A stretch of 33,025 nucleotides of DNA. Source: a bacterium (lineage in GTDB: Bacteria; Krumholzibacteriota; Krumholzibacteriia; LZORAL124-64-63). This document shows, piece by piece, positions 1-11,269 of this stretch (positions within the stretch are counted from its first letter, which is position 1; every line of letters starts with the position of its first letter). The notes under the pieces are model-generated. The model was not told where the DNA came from and searched no databases. It saw only the letters and a list, made by a program, of their open reading frames with translations. The translations under genes were made by a program, and so were the position numbers. The DNA lies in the NCBI GenBank assembly GCA_030654305.1, contig JAURXS010000245.1, forward strand, positions 1 to 33,025. The letters run 5' to 3'.

Positions 1-636
1 GTCGTAGTTGTTGGTGTAGCCGGCGCAGAGGTCGACCGTGAAGACGTTGGTGTCGAAGCTCTGCAGGTCGATGGCGCCCGCGCAGACGTCGTTGGCCGGC
101 GGCGGCGGCGGCGGCACGTCCTCGGTGATGGCCAGCGAGAAGGTCGGGATGCAGTTCGGCGACGGCCAAGTGTCGATCATGATCCAGTAGCTGCCGGCGG
201 CCAGCGTCTTGTCGGCGATGGTCTTGTTGCCGGTGCTGCTGCCGACGTAGGCGATGCAGCCGCTGGCGTCGGGCGGGCAGTTGTTGTCCAGCAGCATGCC
301 GGTCCAGGTGCTCGTGGTGGTCAGCACGATGTCGACCGTCGTCTCGACCGCGAGGTCGAGGCGGTACATGACGTCCTCGCCGCCGTCGTAGCTGCCCAGG
401 CAAGTGGCGGAGTAGGTGTTGCCCATGCCGCAGTTGGTCTGGCCGGTCAGGTTGGCCGGCAGGCTGGAGATGACGATGGGCTGCGTGCAGTCCTGACCCA
501 CGACCAGAGCGGGTCCCACAGTTTCGGGCACGTAGGCGGTCGGTCCGTGCAGGGCCTCGTCCTTGTCCATGGCGCTCGCCGCGACGGCGAGGCCCAGGAT
601 CATCAGGATCGCGAGCATCAATTTGCCTGTCCTCAT
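1..636 (-). CDS. Secreted Cys-rich repeat-domain protein; N-terminal part only, the gene runs off the left edge
   Basis: Not in the ORF track because it is truncated. My translation of the minus strand from ATG (revcomp of cat at 634-636): MRTGKLMLAILMILGLAVAASAMDKDE...CTQPIVISSLPANLTGQTNCGMGNTYSATCLG...SYWIMIDTWPSPNCIPTFSLAITEDVPPPPPPANDVCAGAIDL... It has a clear signal peptide. A Cys-containing module is followed by a Pro6 linker and the start of a second, similar module. The frame is open to position 1. Confidence 0.75.
   Translation of the reverse strand, partial: MRTGKLMLAILMILGLAVAASAMDKDEALHGPTAYVPETVGPALVVGQDCTQPIVISSLPANLTGQTNCGMGNTYSATCLGSYDGGEDVMYRLDLAVETTVDIVLTTTSTWTGMLLDNNCPPDASGCIAYVGSSTGNKTIADKTLAAGSYWIMIDTWPSPNCIPTFSLAITEDVPPPPPPANDVCAGAIDLQSFDTNVFTVDLCAGYTNNYD
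97..114. repeat. (CGG)6 trinucleotide run encoding the Pro6 inter-domain linker of the partial secreted protein
   Basis: Direct reading: ccggcggcggcggcggcggc at 97-115, which is CCG x6 on the coding (minus) strand. Confidence 0.9.
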
Positions 637-849
637 GAAAGTCCCCCTCGAATTGGTTGACGACCCGCCGCCTTCGGCCCTCGCTTCGTGCGGCTTACTG
701 AACCCCTCTTGAATTCCGCTCTTCCTGCCATACGACATGAAACAGCAAGAAACTATCCAGGGATGACGAGATTCTAGCATATCCATGACGCGTCCAGAAA
801 GTTAATTTTCATCAGAAATGTCGCGATTTTAGGTATTTTGAGGGAACGT

Positions 850-879
850 TTGCCGGAACGCCTAACTCGATGCTATGAT
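850..879 (+). promoter_or_regulatory. Possible sigma70-type promoter for the FG-GAP/selenoprotein candidate gene
   Basis: TTGCCG (850-855), 18-nt spacer, TATGAT (874-879). It lies in a locally AT-richer divergent intergenic region (637-924), about 45 nt upstream of ATG 925. Motif match only. Confidence 0.25.
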
Positions 880-924
880 TCGAGAAGTCGTCACCCGCGC
901 CCCGCGTTTCCAGGAGGAGGCTCC

Positions 925-3513
925 ATGAAATCCAGGCATCCTTCCCGCTCCCTCGTGCTCGTTCTCGCCACCGGTCTGATCCTGGCCGGCGGCCTCGCCG
1001 ACGCCGCCCGGGCGGCGCCCCGCACGGTCCTGGGAGAACTGTTCTCCTCGGCCGGCTGACCCTACTGCCCTTCCGCGGTCGCGGGATTCCATGATCTGCT
1101 CGCCGCCTACGACAGCACCGAGTTCGTGCCGCTGACCTGGGACACCGGCACCGGCATCGGGCACGACCGGTTCCTCTACTACGGACTGACCGGGACGCCG
1201 ACGGCCATGTTCGACGGGGTGATCAGCTCCGTCGGCGGGATGCCCAGCGGCAGCATGTTCAACACCTACCAGCCCCTGGTGCAGAACAGGCTGGGCGTCG
1301 CCTCGCCCCTGACGATCGCCGCGAGCTTCCAGGTCGTCGGCTTGAGCGGGTCGGTATCCGCCACCATCCAGGTGGCCTCGACCGTGACCACGAGCTCGAA
1401 CCTGGTGCGCTTCTATGTGTACGAGGCGCTGCCCCGCCCCGAGTATCCCAACTTCGTGCGCGCGGTGCCGGCGGGCGAGCCCTTCACGCTGACGACGCCC
1501 GGCCAGTCGGTCGTCGTCAAGCGTACGTTCGCCGTCGACCCGTCGTGGAATCCCGAGCGTCTCGGCGTGATCGTCTTCGTGCAGAGCGACCTGAACCGGG
1601 CGGTGCTGCAGGCCGCCGAAGCCGTGGCCGAGTACGCCGGCGTCCTGACGGTCGACGCGCAGCCCGACGGGCTGTCGGCGCCGTGGACCCTGACCGGTCC
1701 CGGCGGCTTCTCGCTCAGCGGCGCCGACGACCGGGTCGTGCGCGTGTTCCTGACCGGCGAGTACGCCCTGACCTGGGGCGAGGTGTCCGGCTGGACGGAG
1801 CCCGTCCCCGCCGTGGTGACGGCGCAGCTGGCGCAGGACGGGGAGGTCACGCTGTCGGGGTTGTACACCGACGGCCCCTTCACGGCGGCGGCCGACGCGG
1901 ATCTCGCCTTGGCCGGCGCCGCGGCGCGCGGCGTGGCGATCGTCGACGCCGACGAGGACGGCGACCTGGACATCTATGTCTCGGTGCGCAACGGGCAAAA
2001 CACCCTGCTGACGAACGGGGGAGGGCTGGACTTCGCGCCCGGCGGCCACGCCCTGCTGCGCGATGCCGGCGCGGGCATGTCCGCGGTCTGGGCCGACGTG
2101 ACCGGGGACGGCCATCGCGACGTCTACCTCGTGCGCGACGCCCAGTCCAACCTGCTGCTGCGCGCCGACGGTGCGGGCGGCTACTTCGACGCCACCTTCG
2201 GGCCCGCCGGCGACACCGGCGCCGGGACCTCGGTCGCCGCCGCCGACTACGACCGCGACGGCATGCTGGACCTGTACGTGGTCAACGGCGGCGCCAACGT
2301 CCTGCTGCGGGGCGTGGCCGACATGGGCGTCGCCTGGTTCATGATGAGCGTCGGCGGGATCGTCGCCGACGCCGCCAACGGCGCCGGCGCGGCCTGGGGC
2401 GACTACGACAACGACGGCGACCAGGACGTCTACTTGACGAACCGCTACAGCGCCAACCGCCTCTTCCAGAACGGCGGCACCCTGGGCTGGTACAACGCGA
2501 CCGGCACGGGCGTGCTGGCCGACGTGGGCAACGGCCACGGCGCGGCCTGGGGCGACTACGACAACGACGGGGACCTCGACCTGTACGTGGCCAACGACGG
2601 CCAGGCCGACCTGCTGATCCGCAACGACCGCGGCACCTGGCCGCTGATCGTCGGCTCGGCCCTGGGGGACGCGGGCCACGGCCGCGGGGTCGCCTGGGGC
2701 GACCTGGACAACGACGGGGACCTGGACCTCTACCTGGCCCGGCACGGCGATCCCGACCGCGTGCTGATCAACGAGGGCGGCGGCACGTTCACCCGCGTCC
2801 CCCTGGGACTGGAGGCGGCCAACGGCGCGGCCGAAGGCGTCGCCCTGGGCGACCTCGACGGCGACGGCGACCTCGACGCCTACGTCGCCAACGACGGGGG
2901 CCCGAGCGGCCTGCTGCTGAACGGGATGGCCGGGGGGAACCACTGGCTCCATCTCGATCTCGCCGCGTCCGGCGGCAACACCTCGGCCGTGGGCGCCCGC
3001 GTCTGGCTCACCGCCGGCGGGGTGCGCCAGATGCGCGAGGTCCAGGCCGGCTCCGGCTACCTGTCCCAGGAGTCGCCGACGGTCGAGTTCGGTCTCGGCG
3101 GCGCCGCGATCGCCGATACCGTGCGCATCCGCTGGCCCGACGGGCAGCAGCAGATCGTCACCGGTCTGGCCGCCGACCGCCGGCTGAACGTCCGGCAGGG
3201 CGTGCCCGTCGCGGCGCCGCCCGCCTTGGTGGGGCGGTTGCAGTTCCACGAACCGTTCCCGAATCCGTTCAACCCCGCCACGACCCTGCGGTACGAGCTG
3301 CCGTGCGCCGGGCGGGTCGAGCTGCGGATCTACGACGTCGCGGGCCGGCTCGTGCGCGCCCTGCGCACCGGCGTGGTCGAGGCGGCGGGACGCCGCGAGG
3401 CGACGTGGGACGGCCGGGACGACGCGGGTCGCGTCGCCGCCGCCGGCGCCTACGTCGCGCGTCTGTCCGTGGGCGGGGAGGTCCTGAGCCGGCGGTTGCT
3501 GCTGGTGAAGTAG
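925..3513 (+). CDS. Secreted thioredoxin-like (Omp28-related-like) / FG-GAP-VCBS repeat / ASPIC-UnbV protein with FlgD-Ig/T9SS-like C-terminal domain. Read through an in-frame TGA at 1057-1059 (candidate selenocysteine, U-P-Y-C motif)
   Basis: ORFs 838..1059 and 1126..3513 share one frame, with TGA 1057-1059 the only stop between them. ATG 925 is preceded by AGGAGGAGG (912-920) and encodes the signal peptide MKSRHPSRSLVLVLATGLILAGGLADAARA. The joined sequence reads ...VLGELFSSAG-[TGA]-PYCPSAVAGF... There are many G(V/A)AWGDYDNDGDLDLYV repeats (FG-GAP/VCBS). The NHWLHLDL...GARVWLTAGG...GSGYLSQESPTVEFGLG segment looks like ASPIC/UnbV. The C-terminus PFPNPFNPATTLRYELP...RIYDVAGRLVR...WDGRDDAGRVAAAGAYVARL looks like a FlgD-Ig/T9SS sorting domain. 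Confidence 0.7.
1057..1059 (+). other. In-frame TGA, candidate Sec codon
   Basis: It occupies the position of the first Cys of a CxxC-type motif (U-P-Y-C). TGA is also an ordinary stop here (ettA, acs and others), so genome-wide TGA reassignment is unlikely. Confidence 0.55.
1071..1086 (+). promoter_or_regulatory. Candidate bacterial SECIS minihelix
   Basis: UUCCGC-GGUC-GCGGGA forms a 6-bp stem (4 G-C pairs, one U-A, one G.U) with apical loop GGUC. It starts exactly 11 nt after the UGA at 1057-1059. As I recall the E. coli fdhF SECIS, the minimal helix also sits 11 nt from the UGA and has a GGUC apical loop. Confidence 0.55.
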
Positions 3514-3532
3514 CCCCCGCCGCCGCGGTCCC

Positions 3533-3565
3533 GGGGCCCCGCGCACGACCGTGCGCGGGGCCCTT
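3533..3565 (+). terminator. GC-rich hairpin terminator after the FG-GAP gene
   Basis: gggccccgcgcac (3534-3546), loop gacc, gtgcgcggggccc (3551-3563), then tt. It starts about 20 nt after the stop at 3511-3513. The U-tract is weak. Confidence 0.55.
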
Positions 3566-3658
3566 CGCGCGCCGGGCGGCGTACGGGCGGTTGTGCGCGG
3601 GGCTCCCGGCGCTTATCCTGTCGCCGCGAAGCGTCCCACCCGAACCCGCGAGGAGCCC

Positions 3659-5338
<1,680 letters not shown>

Positions 5339-5366
5339 CCCGCCGACGGGCCGGCCCGCAGCGAAA

Positions 5367-5410
5367 GAGCCCGCGTCCCAAGAACCCGTGTTCGAGGGGG
5401 CGCGGGCTCT
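5367..5410. terminator. Long hairpin between convergent genes; possible bidirectional terminator
   Basis: agagcccgcg (5367-5376) pairs with cgcgggctct (5401-5410). The stem is extended by tccc/gggg, with an inner gaac/gttc stem. It lies between the ettA stop (5338) and the stop of the minus-strand gene at 5433. Confidence 0.5.
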
Positions 5411-5432
5411 GCTGTTGGACCGTGGTCCGCGG

Positions 5433-6248
5433 TCAGCGCCAGGCGGCCTTGACCTCGCCCCAGCTGCTGACGCTGTTGGGGGTCACGCTGCCCGCGACCT
5501 CGATCAGGAAGGCGGCGAGGTCCGGCCCGATCGTCAGGTTGGCGAAGGCGTTGGGGTGGGAGTCGTCGACCGTGTGCGACCGCTCGTACTCCCAGCGCAG
5601 CATGTTGGCCGTGGCGGTGCCGTTGTCGGGGACGGCCAAGCGGTCGAACAGGTCGAAATAGCGCAGGTTGTCGTGCCCCCCCAGGAACTCGGCGCTGCCC
5701 AGCCAGACGGCGAAGGCCCGCGCCCGGGCGGCGTCGTCCCGGTCGGTGATCAGGCGGTGCCGGGGCGGCTGCGAGACCACGACGAAGATCTTGTCGGGGT
5801 GCCCGTCGAACACGTCGCGCATCGCGAGGTACCAGGTCTTGTACTGCTGCAGTTCCTCGTCGCTGCCGACGTCCGAGGCCGGGTAGCAGGACTTGAAGGC
5901 GATCACCTGGTGGTTCTCGAGGATCGACGCCCGGGCCCCGTTGGGCGTGGTCCAAAGCGTGTACAACCCGTCGGGGTCGGTGTTGTCACCGGGGATGTCG
6001 TAGCTCTCGCCCGTGTAGGCGCCGTCGGGGGCGCGCAGGCCGATCGCGTTGTAGTCGTGGTCCCAGAACTGCACGGGCGTGCCGCGGCTCTGGTTGAGCA
6101 GCGAGATCGTGCTGCGCATGCCGCCCTCGTCGATGAGGTTGCGGCCGGTGGAATGGTGCAGGAACAGGACATTGTCCAGGGCCGCGACGGGTGCGGCGGC
6201 CGCCACCGTCAGCAGGATGGACAGAAGGATCGCTCGGATCAGGTGCAT
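5433..6248 (-). CDS. Secreted hypothetical protein; function unknown
   Basis: 271-aa ORF with signal peptide MHLIRAILLSILLTVAAAAPVAA and non-repetitive composition unlike the GC-artefact ORFs. An AT-richer upstream region (6249-6489) fits a promoter. The C-terminus ends ...SSWGEVKAAWR. Confidence 0.8.
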   Translation of the reverse strand: MHLIRAILLSILLTVAAAAPVAALDNVLFLHHSTGRNLIDEGGMRSTISLLNQSRGTPVQFWDHDYNAIGLRAPDGAYTGESYDIPGDNTDPDGLYTLWTTPNGARASILENHQVIAFKSCYPASDVGSDEELQQYKTWYLAMRDVFDGHPDKIFVVVSQPPRHRLITDRDDAARARAFAVWLGSAEFLGGHDNLRYFDLFDRLAVPDNGTATANMLRWEYERSHTVDDSHPNAFANLTIGPDLAAFLIEVAGSVTPNSVSSWGEVKAAWR

Positions 6249-6489
6249 GGAAACCCTCCTGGATGCATCGGATTCGGCATGATAGCTGAAAACTTGAGGA
6301 AAAACAAGAAGCCGACACAGTCAAGGGGGAGCCGGAGCCCCCCCTAGGCTGTTGAGTCGACTGGAAACGCGCGGAAACTCAGGGATCGATGAAGAAGTTG
6401 TTGCACCTTTCCGTCCGTCTGTCAGCTGACAACAACGTAAGGATACGCATATCGCGGCGCAAGACCCCGGCCGCGATTTTCAGCCGGCT

Positions 6490-7452
6490 TCAATCGCCGA
6501 GGTGCAGGTTCAGCAGCGGCAGCCAGCGGGCGCCGCGGCGGTTGTTCCCGGCGTGGTTGAGCAGGCCGATCTGGACCCCGTGCAATTCGGCGGCGTGGTT
6601 GACGATGCCGATCTGCAGACCCTGCACGCCGACGTCGAAGCGGTTGTAGGCGCCGACGCCGACCCCCGTCAGGACGTCGCCGCGCAGGTAGGCCCCGCAG
6701 GCGGCCAGACCGGCGAACCGGTCGGCGTGCAGGCCGCCGCCGGCGACGGCGACGCCGGTCAGGCTCTCGCCGCCGGCGCCGAGACCGGCGAGGAGCAGGC
6801 CGGTCATCCGCTCGCCGCCGACGCCCAGGCCGGCGAGGAACAGACCGGTCAGGTCCTCGCCGCCGACGCCCAGACCGCCGACCATGATGCCGGTCATCCG
6901 TTCGCCGCCGACGCCCAGGCCGCCGACCATGACGCCGGTCATCCGTTCGCCGCCGACGCCCAGGCCGCCGACCATGACGCCAGTCAGCCGGTCGCCGCCG
7001 AGACCCAGCCCGCCGACGACGATCCCCGTCAGGTCTTCGCCGCCGAACCCGAGCCCGCCCAGGCCGAGCCCCGTGAAATCGTCGGCGCCGGCGCCCAGGC
7101 CGCCGACCGCCACGCCGCGCACGCGGCCCGCGCCGCAGCCCAGCAGGTTGAGCGTGATGCCGTCGATCTCGTCGGCGGCCGTGCCGGCCAGGCCGAGGCT
7201 CAGGCCCTGGATGCGGCCGGTGGGTTCGCGGGCGGGCGCCCACAGCGTGACGGTCACGCCCCGGATCGTCTGCAGGTCGCGGTCGCGGAAGTTGAACCGC
7301 AGGCCCGTGAAGGACCGCGAGTTGCCGAAGGACAGGCCGGCGCCGCGCACGGGCAGGTCCAGGGAGCCGGCGACCACGGGCGCGGCCGCCGCGAGCGACA
7401 GCAGCAGGACGAACAGCGGGGTACGGGAGCGGGAGAGTCGGGGCGCGGTCAT
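6490..7452 (-). CDS. Secreted Gly-rich repeat protein (about 14 tandem 15-residue repeats; possible beta-solenoid surface protein, reminiscent of Leptospira LA_2272-type surface repeats)
   Basis: Signal peptide MTAPRLSRSRTPLFVLLLSLAAAAPVVAG. Repeats have the form G(V/L/I)x(V/L)GGLGxGGExxT, ending with GLQIGIVNHAAELHGVQIGLLNHAGNN. The family assignment is from memory and tentative. Confidence 0.8.
   Translation of the reverse strand: MTAPRLSRSRTPLFVLLLSLAAAAPVVAGSLDLPVRGAGLSFGNSRSFTGLRFNFRDRDLQTIRGVTVTLWAPAREPTGRIQGLSLGLAGTAADEIDGITLNLLGCGAGRVRGVAVGGLGAGADDFTGLGLGGLGFGGEDLTGIVVGGLGLGGDRLTGVMVGGLGVGGERMTGVMVGGLGVGGERMTGIMVGGLGVGGEDLTGLFLAGLGVGGERMTGLLLAGLGAGGESLTGVAVAGGGLHADRFAGLAACGAYLRGDVLTGVGVGAYNRFDVGVQGLQIGIVNHAAELHGVQIGLLNHAGNNRRGARWLPLLNLHLGD
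6665..7204. repeat. Coding tandem repeat, about 12 units of 45 bp, within the Gly-rich protein gene
   Basis: Unit starts recur every 45 bp (6665, 6710, 6755, 6800, 6845, 6890, 6935, 6980, 7025, 7070, 7115, 7160). Units 6890-6934 and 6935-6979 are identical (ccggtcatccgttcgccgccgacgcccaggccgccgaccatgacg). Confidence 0.85.
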
Positions 7453-7552
7453 GGCGGACCTCCGGAGCGATGGTTGGAGCCGAGAATCGCAGGTGAGGAC
7501 GCACCGCGGTTCGCGGAGTTGCCCGCGATGTCGAGGGGAGCGGGGCAGGCGA

Positions 7553-7582
7553 ACGGCCCCGGTCCGCGGGGACCGGGGCCGT
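7553..7582 (-). terminator. Hairpin downstream of the RRM gene; possible terminator
   Basis: acggccccggtcc (7553-7565), loop gcgg, ggaccggggccgt (7570-7582): a 13-bp perfect stem about 30 nt after the stop of the minus-strand gene 7613..7882. There is no clear U-tract. Confidence 0.4.
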
Positions 7583-7612
7583 GTTCGTCCTGGCGTGCCG
7601 AACGCGGCGCGC

Positions 7613-7882
7613 CTACCAGCCCGACCGCTCCTGACGCGGCTCGCGCGGGCGCGCTTCGTTGACGGTCAGGGCGCGGCCGTCGAACTCCTTGCCGTTCAAC
7701 TCGTCGATGGCGCGGCGGCCGGCGTCGTCCGCGGCCATGATCACGAAACCGAAGCCGCGGGGGCGGCCGGTCTCCTTGTCGGTGATCAGGGTCACGTCCT
7801 CGACCTGGCCGTAGGTGGCGAAGAGGGCCTGGATCTCCTCCTCGGAGGAGCGGAAATTGAGATTGCCCACGTAGATCTTCAC
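7613..7882 (-). CDS. RNA-binding protein with a single RRM (RNP-1/RNP-2) domain
   Basis: MKIYVGNLNFRSSEEEIQALFATYGQVEDVTLITDKETGRPRGFGFVIMA... The RNP-2 (IYVGNL) and RNP-1 (RGFGFV) motifs are present. Length 89 aa. Confidence 0.9.
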   Translation of the reverse strand: MKIYVGNLNFRSSEEEIQALFATYGQVEDVTLITDKETGRPRGFGFVIMAADDAGRRAIDELNGKEFDGRALTVNEARPREPRQERSGW

Positions 7883-8153
7883 GGGATCATCCTTTTGCTA
7901 GCCGGGACCGACGGCGGGACCACTTGTGGGGAACCGGAGCGCAGTCTCTGGCGGAAACGGGAACGCGGCGGGGCCGCGGGAACGCCCCGAAATCTATCGC
8001 GCAGGCCGATGATCCACAAGCCACTCGGGCGAGAATTCCGCCGCGGCCGGCGACGGTGCCGGCCGGCCGGTCGGGGGGATGACGCCGGCCCGAATCCGGA
8101 GTATCTTTCGCCTTCATTCGGAACCGCCGACCCGATCCCGCCCGGAGGCACCC

Positions 8154-10115
<1,962 letters not shown>

Positions 10116-10122
10116 GCGGGGG

Positions 10123-11190
10123 TCAGGAAGGCCGCGGGGGGGGGGACGCCGCCGCGGCGGCGGGCTTGCGGGCGGGAGCGTGACGCCAGGCGGGTCCGCC
10201 GACCAGACCCGACACGTAGCCGAGCCCGGCGCCGAAGTGGATCGCCGGGAAGCAGGCGGCCGTCGCGAGCCACAACCGGAAGCCGCGCCCGCGGGCCAGC
10301 CAGGCCGCCGTCGCGACGACCACGACGGCGTAGGGCGCGGCGGTGGCCAACCACAGCTGCCAGGCCGGCCGCCACACCGCTCCCAGCACGGGCAGGCAGG
10401 TCAGCCACAGGCTCAGCAGGGACACGGCCGTGGCCAGGGGCGAGAAGGAGCTCGGGTGCTTGCGCGCCATGCGGGCGCGCCCGTGGCCGTAGCGGTAGAG
10501 CTGGCGGAACAGGTCGCGCCAGGTGGGGCGCGCCAGGTAGGCCAGAGCCAGGTCGTGGCAGTGCAGGGCCTCCACCCCGCGCTGGTGGACGCGCAGGTTG
10601 AACTCGAGATCCTCCCCGGCATCGAAGCTCTCGTCCACGCCGCCGATTTCCAGGTAGAGGTCGCGGGTGTAGCCGCAGCCGGCGCTCAGCGGGTTGCAGT
10701 GGCGGTCCTCCGCCTGGTAGATCTTCGAGCCGGCGTAGTGGCCGAGGAGCGACCCCCGCGCCAGGGCGACCGCGGTCTGGAACGGCCGCCCGCCGCCCTC
10801 GATCAGGGGCTGGGGGCGGGACAGGCAGCGTTCGCCGCGCTGGAAGGCGGCCAGCGCGGTCGCGAGCATCTCGCGGCTCTCGAGGCGGCAGTGGCCGTCG
10901 ACGAACAGGATGTACGGGGAGAGGGCGTGCTCCACGCCGATGTTGCGGGCGATGCCCGACAGGCCGCGCGGGTTGTCGTACATGCGGATCCCGGGGTAGC
11001 GCTTCATCGCGGCCAGGACGACCTCGCGGGTGCCGTCCTCGCTCATGCCGTCGACGACCACGATCTCGAAGCGGTCCGGCGTCAGCGACTGCGCGTGGAG
11101 CTGGTCCAGGACGGACCCGATCTGGTCCGCCTCGTTGCGGATCGGCATGACGACCGTCAGTTCCGGCCGAGGTTCGCGCGCAGAGGTCAC
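10123..11190 (-). CDS. Family 2 glycosyltransferase with C-terminal membrane-spanning region
   Basis: LTVVMPIRNEADQIGSVLDQL...VVDGMSEDGT...GEDLEFNLR, followed by hydrophobic segments (LATAVSLLSLWLTCLPVLGAVW..., AVVVVATAAWLA...). Convergent with acs, with a 7-nt gap. Confidence 0.85.
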   Translation of the reverse strand: MTSAREPRPELTVVMPIRNEADQIGSVLDQLHAQSLTPDRFEIVVVDGMSEDGTREVVLAAMKRYPGIRMYDNPRGLSGIARNIGVEHALSPYILFVDGHCRLESREMLATALAAFQRGERCLSRPQPLIEGGGRPFQTAVALARGSLLGHYAGSKIYQAEDRHCNPLSAGCGYTRDLYLEIGGVDESFDAGEDLEFNLRVHQRGVEALHCHDLALAYLARPTWRDLFRQLYRYGHGRARMARKHPSSFSPLATAVSLLSLWLTCLPVLGAVWRPAWQLWLATAAPYAVVVVATAAWLARGRGFRLWLATAACFPAIHFGAGLGYVSGLVGGPAWRHAPARKPAAAAASPPPRPS

Positions 11191-11269
11191 GATCCGACTT
11201 CCCCCGTCAGCTCCCGGATTCTCGATGTGCCGGGCGAACCGGCCGGTCCAGGCGTTGGTATCGGTCCCG

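Noticed and set aside
838-924. Upstream extension of the signal-peptide ORF (start at 838 in the ORF track)
   Set aside because: The ATG at 925 has a strong AGGAGGAGG Shine-Dalgarno sequence and begins a typical signal peptide. The 838-924 stretch is AT-richer promoter-like DNA encoding an Arg-rich non-protein-like peptide.
1057-1059. TGA explained by an alternative genetic code (code 4 or 25)
   Set aside because: TGA clearly terminates several well-supported genes here (for example ettA at 5336-5338, acs at 10113-10115 and paralog B at 26222-26224), and the genome is very GC-rich. Local recoding (Sec) or a pseudogene or sequencing error are the remaining options.
862-3546. 894-aa minus-strand ORF antisense to the FG-GAP gene, and the 713-aa ORF 1545..3686 in another plus frame
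   Set aside because: Their composition is extreme Arg/Gly/Pro/Ala and low in complexity, with no recognisable motifs. They fully overlap a gene with strong domain signatures. This is the typical stop-codon-poor alternative frame of about 70% GC DNA.
6389-6649. 86-aa plus-strand ORF in the intergenic region upstream of 5433..6248
   Set aside because: It overlaps the 3' end of the well-supported minus-strand repeat-protein gene, has an Arg/Ser-rich unstructured sequence, and lacks a Shine-Dalgarno sequence. It is likely spurious.
6665-7204. Regular 45-bp repeats considered as a possible CRISPR array
   Set aside because: The units are contiguous with no unique spacers, they lie in frame within a signal-peptide-bearing ORF, and they encode a consistent 15-residue protein repeat. 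No cas genes are present.
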